From contig CP158635.1 of the NCBI GenBank assembly GCA_050273025.1, positions 15,872,001 to 15,936,000 of the forward strand: a stretch of 64,000 nt of DNA, given 5' to 3'. Source of the stretch: Cenococcum geophilum. Lineage: Eukaryota. The notes under the pieces were generated by a model that saw only the letters and a list, made by a program, of their open reading frames with translations, did no database searches and was not told where the DNA came from. The translations under genes were made by a program, and so were the position numbers. Shown in pieces: positions 27,163-39,214 of the stretch; position 1 is the first letter of the stretch, and each line of letters opens with the position of its first letter.

Positions 27163-29293
27163 TCGGTAGAATTCAATTAATCTAGCAGAATTTGGCAGAA
27201 TTTAGTCAAAGTGTCAAAATTTATCTGTCGAGTGTTTCACCGAGACATTCCTACTATAACTAGGCTAGTCCCGTTACAAAAGGGCATATTCGGTTGCACC
27301 TCCATATTATAACGGAAATGGAGCTCCTCTATATCGGCAAGCGCGTTAAATTTACAAGCCACACCATATACAGTAGTTATAATAAGGTTCTTGGCACCAT
27401 TTTAATATAGAGCTTTAAGCTCCTATTCTATATTCTATATTTAATCTAGAGCCCTTATATACGCGCTAAAGCAACGCATATAGCGACTCCACACGCCTTA
27501 ATCGCAATACGGCAGTCGCATTTGCAAGCCTTATATAATATCATTATATTAACCTTTATAATCGCAATAAGATTATTTCCGGAGGGCGCTTATACTTTAT
27601 TACCTAATATTAGCGGTACTACTTATTAGCATTTTAACTAGTAGATCTTTGTCGTTAAGAACTAATTTAAGGTTAATAATGCTAACTCCGACTATAAGTA
27701 ACGTACGTGCTAGACTATTAAAGGTCTTATAAAAGTGAAAATAATTACCTAACTAGTTTATTACTAGTTAGGTATTAAGAATAAAAGTCCTTTACTATAA
27801 AATAAGTTTAAGACTATAGTCTAAAACTAAATTAAAAAACCCCTATAGTAGGACACTTTAATAATACTACTATATACTATACGGCTATTATAAAGAAGAA
27901 CTAGAGGTTTAATATCTTCCTAGCTCGTATATATAGCTTAGAGGACTATTTCTTATATACCCCTTTTATTAATCCTAAGTAATAGGTAGACTTTTAGTTC
28001 TTATACCTCCTAGCTTACTTATAAGTAGAGCTCTTTTACTAAAACTTTATTAAATAGGTAAGGACCTCTTTACTAAAATCCGCTCTATAAAGTAACTACT
28101 TAATATTATAAGGCTTATGGAAGATTGCATAGTTAGTAATAATAGATTCTCGCGCTTAGGGTATAGTTATAGTATAGGCTTTATATTAACAGTGCATGGG
28201 ATACTATTTAGTTCTACTAAGTCTACTAAGTCTACTAAATCCTTAAGTGCATTAGGTAGACTTATTACTCTCCTAGTTGCTAAGTTAGATAAACCGCCTT
28301 ATTGACTTGTTAAGGTCTTAGCTTATTACGGGCCTCCTTCTATATAACTTCGTAGTCCTATATTTTAAGTATTTCCCTAACCTTATAGTTCTCGAGCACG
28401 TTTATTACCCTCAGTCGATTATTTTAACCTGTCGATCTTGTACCGCTGGTACCGATTCTATTGTCTTAGGTCAGCGAGGGCTGTTCGTAACACCTATACC
28501 CCTTCCTCCAGCGACTCCCATCCCCCACCTCTACAACCTCTCCCCGCCATCAGCACATGGGACCAAATCTTCGACACGGCTACCCGGATAGATAGGGTCA
28601 TGGGACATGACCATCACATCACGAGTATTCAGCGCGGCGCGCCCATGCGAACCAGGGCTGTTTGCGGAGGAACGGCTGCTGGTTTTTGGAAGTTGGCATT
28701 GAGATAAAGATTTTGCAACGCGTCGAGGGATTTCCAGTGAGTTAGGTGGACGACGTGGATTTGCCATTCTGAAGGCATGGCGGGTGAGGGTTGGGAGAGA
28801 GATAGGGGACTGGATGCAAGTGATGGACAGGAATGGGGTGCTATATTTTAGAATACTTGTGTGATAAATACGTCGAATCTCTAGTAATGATGATTGGAGA
28901 ACGTAGTTTGAAGTTGATAGTGATATGCTGTGATGCCAAGAACATCCTTGAGGGCATTAGAAATCAACAGGCTCTCCACAAACTTCCTCTTTCGAACTTG
29001 AAACAGCTCCCAAGCATACTTCGAATAGACCTTACCGATTCACTGATCTTTCTCGAATAGGCCTAGTGGAGTGGAATTCCGCCAAAGAATTCTGTGATTG
29101 AGCTTGATAAGGTTTTCACTAGCTCTTGACTTGATACGGCAGTACTTTGAGAGACAACACGTAAATTAAATATACGGGAGGAACAGTAATGAGAGCGGCT
29201 ACAGGAATGGGAGGAATTGAATTAGTCAACCTTTGGCCACTTCTTTCCAGGCCTCCTAGTCCGTCAGACATCCCCTCTCTGTAATTGACGATT

Positions 29294-30349
29294 CTATACC
29301 AAATAATAGATGAGAGACGCAAATATTGAAATCGCGCCGTACACCATCGATGGCACAACTATATTGGCTGCAGAAGTATTTATTGGAGCAGGAGCACCAC
29401 TATCCACTGGACAGGTCAGATTGAACTGCGGGGTCGTCGACAGGTCATTTGTAATAGCGAACTTCTCCGTATTCGCCGGATTCGAGTCACGCAAGTTATA
29501 CCACCAAACATTCGTCCTACCAAACAGCGTACACCCGATCTGATCCCAATAAGTCTTCGCATTATTGACGGATGGCACAGCTTGACCGAATGAAGGTCCA
29601 CTGGTAGGCCAACCAGTCTCTGTAATCCATACGGGCTTCTTACCCGCGGCCGAAAGCGTCTTGTTGTAGATGTAGTCGAAGACAACAGTGGCATTCTCAA
29701 TCGTGTTGACCTTGTCCTTTTCGTAGTATGGGTAGAGGTCCGTGCCAATGAAGTCGACGGCTTCAATGACAGCGGTGTTGGAGGAGTTGGACCAGGCGCT
29801 CCAGGAGTCGACGTGTCCGACAGGCTTTCCGGCCAATTCTGTATTGGCAATAGCGGAACGAACATCTTTAATGAAGGCGATGATCTCATCTGGCCCTGTA
29901 CCGATGCCGGCATTGTTTTTAATGCCGCTTTCGGAGATGCGGTAGAGGTCTTCGCTACCGACTGAGATACCGACGACTAGGTCTGCAAATTTCTGACCGT
30001 ATTTTGTGATGGCTGCTTGAAGTGCGTTCAGTTCATTCGTGATCGTGTTCGATCCAGAGCACCATAGCCCCAAAAGCATAGTGGTATTGGTGTCGACAGC
30101 GGCTTGGAAGGCTGAAATTGGCGTGTCAGTCGTTCCGGCCTGGACGTTGGTGTAAAGCCGAACGCTGTTGAACGTGCCGGGAGAGCCATGGAGCGCTTGC
30201 GCAGTCTTGAACTCCTTCTCGAAATCGGATTGCTGCTTCGCTGTGCTGTCGGCGAGAGTGGCGCCTGAATTGAAACCTAGATAGGCTTGTTGTTGAGCGG
30301 TTACAAGCGCAATATAGGGCGCAAGCAGTAGTACTTTCGGGGGGAACAT
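29294..30349 (-). CDS. Glycoside hydrolase family 17 beta-1,3-glucanase/glucanosyltransferase (EglC-like), secreted and probably GPI-anchored, 351 aa, intronless
   Basis: Only long intact ORF; ATG at 30349 (the ORF track start at 30376 is TTG); signal peptide MFPPKVLLLAPYIALVTA; GFNSG, SVRLYT, LLGLW, VGSEDLYR (acid/base Glu), GHVDSW, WITETGWP (nucleophile Glu); hydrophobic C-terminus. Confidence 0.93.
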   Translation of the reverse strand: MFPPKVLLLAPYIALVTAQQQAYLGFNSGATLADSTAKQQSDFEKEFKTAQALHGSPGTFNSVRLYTNVQAGTTDTPISAFQAAVDTNTTMLLGLWCSGSNTITNELNALQAAITKYGQKFADLVVGISVGSEDLYRISESGIKNNAGIGTGPDEIIAFIKDVRSAIANTELAGKPVGHVDSWSAWSNSSNTAVIEAVDFIGTDLYPYYEKDKVNTIENATVVFDYIYNKTLSAAGKKPVWITETGWPTSGPSFGQAVPSVNNAKTYWDQIGCTLFGRTNVWWYNLRDSNPANTEKFAITNDLSTTPQFNLTCPVDSGAPAPINTSAANIVVPSMVYGAISIFASLIYYLV

Positions 30350-30428
30350 GATCGTGAGGCTAGAAAAGGGCGACAAGGGGTTAGAGTGGTAGGATTATGA
30401 CGCAGAAGGAATTGCGGCCTGAGAGGTC

Positions 30429-30436
30429 TATTATAT
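30429..30436 (-). promoter_or_regulatory. Putative TATA box of the GH17 gene
   Basis: Minus-strand ATATAATA ~80 bp upstream of the ATG, with a pyrimidine-rich stretch between. Confidence 0.4.
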
Positions 30437-31193
30437 GAGCGAGAAAAGGACACAGATCTGAAGGCTCATGCCGACTCGGCAGGGTGTATGGCGTTGTCCA
30501 TAAATTAACCAAGAAAGCGCCGCATCAAAATAGCACCTCGTGCCGTTAACATGGCCAAGGTCAATGAGCAAAGCTGGCCATTGAACGACATAGCGATGGA
30601 AATACGACGGAATGTGAGAGTTCTAGGATCATGGCCGAAGCCAAGTTGGGGGCGGCGCCCTCAGCTGGTCTTACAGTAGCTATTCGCTCACTCGCTCTAC
30701 TGTGGAGATTGCCCTTCAGCCCTGCGCACGCCGGCCTCCTTTCACGTATCGAGCCATGCAGCTGTTGGGTAGCGGATTCTAGGAAGATCGACGGCATTAT
30801 CGTTGAGTATGTTCAGGGTGTAGTGTGAGAGTTTGGTGTTCACGGCTCAGCTGAGCGCCCGCTGAGTCGCTGAGTCGCACGTGACACTAACAACCCCCGT
30901 CGACAATTCGCGAATGTCCACGGCTAAGCCTGCAGCCAAGCCGTGGACATATTCGAATATCTATCACATATCGGGGGGGCTAATTTGGCGCGGTTACGAC
31001 CCGGGTTAATACGAGGTTAGGGCTACCCCTACTGATAACGCACCCGAACCCCGCACGAGGTCGCGCAGCGACCGCCCCCAAGTACTTTCGCACGCGATTT
31101 TAGGCGAAAAGGTATATAATTTATATTAAATTGGTACTTCTAGACGGTCGCGTAATGTTACTCTAAATTTACAACACCTAAACGGGCTCTATT

Positions 31194-31570
31194 CCTATAT
31201 TAAGGCGTCTTAATTACTATAGTACAGTCCTATATTAAGACGTCTTAGTTACTATAGTATAGTCCTACATTAAGGCGTCTTGGTTAATGCAGTGCAGTCC
31301 TATATTAAGGCGTTTCGGTTACTATAGTGTAGTTATATATTAAGGCGTCTTAGTTACTACAGTGCAGTCCTATATTAAGACGTCTTGGTCACTAATACAG
31401 TCCTATATTAAAACGTTTTGGTCACTAATACAGTTCTATATTAAGACGTCTTAGTTACTATAGTACAGTCGTATATTAAGGCGTCTCGGTTACTGTAGTA
31501 TAATCGTATATAGAGGCGTCTTAGTTACTATAGTGCAGTTATATATTAAGGCGTCTTAGTTACTGTAGTA
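31194..31570. repeat. 35-bp minisatellite (~11 copies, two 33-bp variants)
   Basis: Unit CAGTCCTATATTAAGGCGTCTTAGTTACTATAGTG; TAAG(G/A)CGT core at 31201, 31236, 31271, 31306, 31341, 31376 and onward. Confidence 0.9.
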
Positions 31571-31939
31571 AAATAACTATTTAGATATTCTTATAAAGCT
31601 AATCTAAAGAATACTAACCTCGTAGCTGTTCTAGCTAATTAATAGCCTATCTCTTATCTCTTGCTATACCGTCTTCTACGCGCCATCTTACATCCTTAAT
31701 TATCCTACGGTGACGGCTATAGAATATAGCCTCGCTATTAACCCGCTAGTGTACCCCCTAGTAGTAATTAAGAGCTTTAATTAACGGCCTACTTACTAGC
31801 CCTAAAGTCTACTTAGTTTAGAGCTAGAAGACTAAATTACCGCCTTAAAGCATTTTATATTTCCTTAGTAGCGCCTATAGGTTAAGGATAAATAGGAAAG
31901 ATGGTTAAGTATTGGCTTATACCTACGCTAGTAGGGGTA

Positions 31940-32125
31940 ATACGGATATAGTAGACGGCTAAGTAGGTAGTATAGATATTATAAACGGCTAAGTGGACGG
32001 TGTAGATATTATAGACGGCTAAGCGAACGGTATAGATATTATAAATAGCGGCTAAGTAGGTAGTACGGATATTATAAACGGCTAAGTAGACGGCGCGGAT
32101 ATAGTAGACGTTATAGTAAACGGCG
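31940..32125 (-). repeat. 30-bp coding-type tandem repeat (PSTISAPSTQ-like) in the Crypton linker
   Basis: Units of acggctaagtggacggtgtagatattata(g/a); in frame on the minus strand upstream of the GCR1_C-like domain. Confidence 0.7.
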
Positions 32126-35100
32126 TGTTACGGCACTGGCAGAACTTGGCAGAACTACGCACCGGCAAGTTGCCACAGATTGCCGCATATTGCGGTCACG
32201 TGACGCGAAGATCGTATATAGCTTTGAGCGGCGCTCCCCTTCTTCTCCTTTCCTTTCTTTAGCTTTAGATTCTCGTTTATAGACAATCCAATCATATAGG
32301 CTTACGCGACCCTTTTGCTATGCTTATGTCTCGATTAACTAAGTCGCTAACATTATCTAAAGCTTACTCTACTCTTTCTTCCTAAAAAGGAACTTAAATA
32401 TATCTACGAGAATACAAAACAGGACCCTAAGGACATTACTAGAACTATAAGGACAGGACCTAAAAGAAAAGAACAGAACCCTAAGGAAAGGACCCATAAG
32501 ATATATATAGACTAGAACCCCTAAAGAAATTACCCAGAATTACCTAATACCCCTACTACTATACTATAAACCACAGTAGTAGGTAAAGCAGCTGTAGGAC
32601 CCTTAAATACTTTAGACGAAGAAATAATTAACGTTTTAACCCCCTAGGCGGAGCTTACGGCTACTAATACCGAAATTAAACAATTACGAGAGCTGCTTAA
32701 AGCTAGAAATACCCCTATATCTAATAATAAGTCATTATTAGATAACTAAAGACTTACTATAGTTCTTTAGGCCCTATCCTAGCGCCTTAGTAGAGCTACT
32801 AAGGCCTATATAGCACTAAAGCGGTCAGCAAAGGTTACGGACCCCCTACTACTTACAGACGGAACCGACCCTATATTTAATAATTAAAAGCTTTAATTAC
32901 GGGATAAGCTTAAAGTTAATATAGACTACTTCCTTAACGCCTAAGCCAGAATAGCCTACGTCTTCGGCCGTACTGGTAGAGACACCCAGATGCATTTACG
33001 CCCGCGATACACTAAAGACTTAATAGACCCCTTTATCTCTAAAGAAGAAATAATTAAACACTTATCTTCTATTTATAAAGACCCTTTTAAAGTATAAAAC
33101 GCCCGCCTAAGCTATAAAAGCCTAAACATAAAAATAACGGAGACCTTTTTGGCCTTCTAAACCCACTTTCTATACCTGGCCAGATAGGCCTAAATCCCCT
33201 AGGAAGACCTACTACCAAACCTCTTTAATAAGCTTACCCTAGACCTATAGCGGGCTATATTACTAGCTTATATTACAGCATAGACGTTAAAGGAACTTAT
33301 AGACTATTGCCTAGCTATTAACTAAGGCCTCTATTAAATTAAGACACGCGCTAACTAGCTAAAAACTAGAAACCTTATAAACCAGGCCGCAAGTACTGCG
33401 AGTATAGCCTATAGTACCCTAGTATAATTAGCAACTCCTATAGCTAACCCGGCAGCTAGCTACGTAGCTACCCCTACTATAGGCCTAGTATACACCCGGC
33501 TTATATACAGCGACCCCTATATATAGGCCCTTAGCAATTAAGGAGCTTACTTCTTATATGGCTAAATAGGCCACCCTATAAGGAACTACCTAATAAAGGT
33601 AAAGATAAACGAGGTTCTATTAATTTAGAAGGATAATATAAAGCCGGAAAAAAAGGAACCTTAAAGGAAAACTCCTCTCTAGGGTTAAAAGGGATTGATA
33701 TATTATATATTAATCTAGGTCGGCTAGTTAGTAAAAAAAGCTACACTATCCCTTATACTTTATTTCACAATAGATATTAAGTTTTAACCTCTACTTTAGC
33801 TAACTTAGGAGTAAATACCTTTACCTTAATTAATATAAAATGCGCTATAAAACTAGCTAACTTTTTAAATATACCCCTTAAAGAACTGCCTAAACTAATT
33901 TCTATTTACGGTTATAACGGACGGATAGGGCTACTTATTATAACTATCTTATAGATCTACCTCCGCGTTAACGGACAAAGGTAGTATAACGTCCCCTTTC
34001 TTATTACGGACTTAGGAAGCCATAATATAATCTTAGGAAGAAAATAGCTAGCCTATTTAGGCTTATAGCTTAAAGTATAAAGTAAACGGCTTATCTAGCC
34101 CAAAACTCTACCCCTAACCCCTTCCTTTATAAAAGAAATTAGCATTATAATAGAAAACCTTATACGGCCCTAGATTAATACTATTTACTAGGCTAATGCT
34201 ATACGTAAAGACTAGGCCTTTAAGAAGGACGTATAGCTTAACCCACAACGGATCCGTATACTACACCGCCCTTAGACTACCTATATTACGCTACCCGCAC
34301 TAGAGACCTAGAAAGTTAGTAATAACCTAGCTAAGTTCCCTATAGAGAACCCTATAAAGCCATAAAGGAAAGCTAGGAATATTAAACGCTATACTAAACT
34401 AATAGATAGGAAGGATAACTTATAGAAAATAGAATGTAAGCTAAGGAAGACTATAAACCCTATACCGTAAACCACGGCCTAACGGACGCTAAAGAAACCT
34501 ACGGACCTCCTACTAGTTAATGTCTGCTATATTAGCGCTATAGGATTCTACCAGAACCTAGTTCAGCCTAATACCGTTACCTTTACAACTAGCCTATATA
34601 AAATTAACCAAATAATTAAGGAAAAGGAAAGTAAGCTTAGCGGATAAAAAAGTGGGCTTACGGATAAAGAACTAGTGGAGAAAAAACTGCCTAATTAACA
34701 CCGGAAATTTAAGGACGTATTCTCTAAGGCAGCATCTAATATACTTCTACCCTACTAACCATATAACTACAAGATTAAGATTAAGTAAGACAAGGGAAGT
34801 ACCCTTAGCTTTAGCCCTCTCTACCTATAATCTATTACCAAATTATAGGCTATAAAGCAGTACCTTATTAATAACCTAAATAAGGGCTTTATTAAGCCTA
34901 GCTAAGCCCCTTTTAACTTACCTATTTTCTTTATTAAAAAGCTAAATAGAGGACTGCGCTTCTATATTAACTACTATAAGCTAAATAATATAACCCGCAA
35001 GGACCGCTACCCGCTGCCCTTACTTAATAAAACTCTTACCTAAATAAGTAGAGCTAAGGTTTTTATAAAGCTTAATATCTACTAGGCCTTTTACTAAATT

Positions 35101-38100
35101 AGGATAAACCCTAAGTTTAAGGATTTTACTATATTCTGGACCTATTACGGGACGTATAAATATAAGGTACTTCCTTTTAGACTAACTAACGGACTAGCTA
35201 CGTACTAGCGGTATATAAACAATATACTCTTTAACTACCTTAATAACTTCTATACGGCCTATCTAAATAATATTATAATCTACTTAGAGAATAAACTAGA
35301 ACACAAGGAGCACGTCTATAAAGTCCTATAACGGCTCCGCGAAGCTAGCCTCCAAGCCAATATTAAGAAGTTGGAATTTAGTGTTAAGCGTATAAAGTAC
35401 CTAGGTTTTATTATTAATATAAATAAAATTAAGGCCGACCTAAAGAAAATAACCGCAATTAACTAGTAAACGCCCCTACGGACTATAAAGGGGGTATAAT
35501 TGTTTTTAGGTTTCTATAACTTCTACCAACACTTTATTAAGAACTATAGTAGAATTGCCTAGCCTCTTAACCGCCTTACTAGGAAAAACCAACCCTTTTA
35601 CTTTAACGCTATATATATACAGGCCTTTAATAAGCTTAAAAAACGGCTAGTATCGGCCCCCTTACTTACCCACTTTAACCTAGAACGGCCCTTAATGCTA
35701 GAAACTAATACCTTAAATGGCGCAATAGCCAGTATTTTTTCTTAGAAGCAACCGGATGGAGAATGGCACCCTATTATATACTATTTAAAGACTATAATAG
35801 ATGCTAAACTAAACTACTACATCCATAATAAAGAAATGCTAGCTATTATCTCTAGCTTTTAGCACTAGCGTATATAGCTAGAGGGGACCCCTAAACCTAT
35901 TAAAGTAGTATTAGATTATAAGGCCCTAGAATACTTTATAATAACTAAGGCCCTTATAGCCCGGTAGGTACGCTAGGCGGATATCCTATCTTAGTTTAAC
36001 TTCTTAATTATATATAGACTAGGCGCTATAAACCGTGTAAATGCTCTTACTAGGCGTAAATAAGACCTAGGTAACTATATGGCTATAAAGATCTTATTAC
36101 AGACCTAGACGCTACTATAACTAGAGCACCTTAACCCCTAAATATAGGCAGAACTAAATACAGACTCCTTAAGCGCCAAGATATATTCTATTAACCCTTT
36201 AGGACTTAACTTAATTAATAAATTGCTATAGATAAACCGTACGGCCCCTTCTCTACAGAAGTACCGTAAAAAGGCAAAGAACGTTACCAGCCCATAGTCC
36301 CTCAAAAATGGATTACTTAAGCATTAGAAATAGCTAGTAGTGGCAAAAAAACAAAACTTATAAACTCGGCTTATTACTAAAGCATATACCTAGGTCTCTA
36401 TAGCCCACCCTAAAAAGAATAAAACCCATAGGATTATTAGCGACCGCTACTACTGGCCCAAAATAGTTATAGATATTAACCGCTATATACGGAACTGCAA
36501 CAACTACTGTAGGTCTATAATCCCACGAGATAAGACCCTAGGATTATTAAAACCCCTCCTAATATCTAACCGCCCCTAGTAATATGTCTCTATAGACTTT
36601 TATAAACTACCTCTAGACTGTAATGGGTATAATATAGTTATAATCCTAGTTAACCGCTTTAGCAAGCGCCCGTTCTTAATTCCCTATTATAAGAATATTA
36701 ATGCTAAAGAGGCAGCCCAACTGTATATCTACTACGTCTACTAAATTTACGGACTACTAGATACTATTATATCCGACTATAAGCTACAGTTTATATTAGC
36801 CTTTTAGAATAAGTTTACCTAGATCCTAGGCATTAAGCTAAAGCTTTCTATAGCATATTACCCCTAGATAAACAGTTAAATAGAGATTATAAATTAATAC
36901 TTAGACCAGAGACTCTAGCCTTTCGTTAACTACTTCCAGAATAACTAGGCTAAACTATTGCCCTTAATAAACTACGCCCAAGCGACCCTACCCCACAACT
37001 CTACCGGATTTGCCCCTATTTAACTAGAAATAGGTTACCTACCCCACATAAGCTTTAACTGGGAAAGACTAGAAGGGCCCTAAACTATATACGAAAAACT
37101 ATCTCATAAGGAAGCCCAGCAGTACGCTAAGCGCTTAGAAAAAGCCTAGAAAGTAGCCCATACAAACCTAGATAAGGCTTAGAAATTAATAAAACAGTAG
37201 GCAAATAAGCATAGGCGTAAGCCTAACTTTACTATAGGCGATATAGTCTAGGTTATAATAAAGAACTAAAAAACAGAACGGCCTAGCTATAAGCTGGACT
37301 ATAAGATAGCAGAACCGTATAAAATTCTTAATAAAGTAGGCAATTTATATAAGGTTAAGCTCCTAGACTTAATTAAAGTCCACCCTATCTTCTTACTAGA
37401 TAAGCTATAGAAAGTTATAAATAACCTACTACCCGGATAAAAGAATAAACCTCCCCTACTAATTTAAGTTAACGATAATAATAAATAGGAAATTAAAGAA
37501 ATACTAGCTTATAAACTTATAAAGGGAACATTAAAGTATTGTATTAGTTAGAAAGGATATAACCTAGACCCCACTTAGTACCCTATATAGAACTTTATAG
37601 GTAGCCCCCATAAGCTTTAGGAGTTTTATAGCTATTACCCTAATAAACCCAAACTGCTAAAGTACCTAGATAAGTAGATAGAATGCTAGTATAATAAAGA
37701 TAATAAGCTACTAGAAGAATATAAGAACAAAAACACCCTAGAAATTTCTTAGTTATATAAGGTATTAAGATATCTAGGAACTTAGACCGGCGGTTAAAGT
37801 TGTCTAATTAGTTAGATTCTCTTATTAAGACTTTTAGCGGCAAAGCCTAAGGGCAGGCTTTTTTAGAGGGGGGGTAATATTACGGCACTAGCAGAACTTG
37901 GCAGAACTACGCACCAGTAAGTTGCTACAGATTACCGCATATTACGGTTACGTGACGCGAAGATTATATATAGCTTCAAGCGGCGCTCCCCTTCTTCTCC
38001 TTTCCTTTCTTTAGCTTTAGATTCTCGTTTATAGACAATCCAATCGTACAGGCTTGCGCGACCCTTTTACTATACTTATATCTCGATTGACTAAGTCGCT

Positions 38101-38104
38101 AATA
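32126..38104 (+). mobile_element. Gypsy/chromovirus LTR retrotransposon B, copy 2
   Basis: 227-bp LTRs 32126-32352 and 37878-38104; TSD CGGCG (32121-32125, 38105-38109); colinear with B1 throughout, differing mainly by transitions. Confidence 0.95.
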
Positions 38105-39214
38105 CGGCGTAGGCTTACCTAAAGGTAGATATATAGACTCTATAGGCCCTATCTAAATACCTATCTTCCCTTACTAGATCTATATAGGTATAAATAATGC
38201 TAATAACCTTTTTATTTTACTAAGGCGTTCTAAAATTATCTATACGCGTAATTAAACCCCTTTTATTTTAGAGATTGCGGCCTTATATTTTAGCTTAGCT
38301 ACGGCCTTATAAGTAGGCTAGTATTTCTATATTATTAGCTTATTTAGCGTAACTATATTAGCTAGTAAGCTTTCTACTATATAGTAAACCTCTAATACTC
38401 CTTATAGCTAAAGAGGGGGTCCTTTTATAGGGGGTGGAGCGGAAACTGCTTATGTAGGATTACTAAGTCCTATAATAGAATTACCCTAAGTATATAGAGG
38501 AGGCGTAGAAATCCTAAGCCCGTAAAGTTAAGCTATATAACCTTATTATTAGCCCTACCTAAGTAGTAGGCCTCTATATATTTTAGCTAGATATTAGTCT
38601 TAGGCTATATCTTTAAATAGAGGGCCTCCTTTAGCACCTCCCGTGTATAAGGGAGAAAGTAGCCCTTATCTTTCTTTAGGAAACTAGTAATTAACCATAT
38701 AAATATATAGGGTAGGTAGCTAAGGTAGGTTCTCGTTATTGCGTTTATATTCTAGTATCCAGCCTATCTAATTTAGGTCTCCTTAACGCTATTAAGCTTG
38801 GTATACTAGACGCTTTACTTATAGCCGCTATAGGTTTTCTCCTTTAAGTAAATTCCTACCCCCTAGAATATCTTTTTATTTTATTTAAACTGCATATAAT
38901 AGCTTAGCGGCTATTATAGTACTTTAATACTGCTAAGGAAGACGTATAGGTTATAGTAGTCCTCTAACTACTAAAAGGATAGGAAGCTCTTAGCGCCGTC
39001 TTTACCCTAGTAGTTAAAGAAGTAAAAGGCTACTATAGAGAGGGGGTAGAGAATAGGGTTAGCGTTCTATATACAGCCTATATACTTAATTTTACCATAC
39101 TAATTCTACTTCCCTTATATTATTAATATAATTATATACAGCGCTAACTCGTCTAGTTTAGGTCCTTTATTCTCTAGTTTAATAAAAATAAGGTTAGTAA
39201 GCTAAATACCTTAT

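Larger units (their letters stand above)
1163..27278 (-). mobile_element. Gypsy/chromovirus LTR retrotransposon A, RIP-inactivated, ~5.9 kb net of three nested insertions
   Basis: 315-bp LTRs at 1163-1477 and 20975-21178 + 27168-27278; TSD AAAGG at 1158-1162 and 27279-27283; PPT (plus-strand cccccccttt) next to 1477; minus-strand gag/pol remnants and chromodomain-like YLIK*EGY near 1960-1990. Confidence 0.93.

Noticed and set aside
30350..30376. N-terminal extension MSPFSSLTI in the ORF track
   Set aside because: Starts at TTG; ATG at 30349 gives a proper signal peptide
28438..30828. Short ORFs overlapping or flanking GH17 (28438, 28531, 28833, 29119, 29310, 29416, 29742, 30561, 30631)
   Set aside because: Alternative-frame, antisense or UTR ORFs expected in GC-balanced DNA; no recognisable motifs
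31194..31570. CRISPR-like appearance of the 35-bp repeats
   Set aside because: Head-to-tail repeats without unique spacers, no cas genes, eukaryotic context
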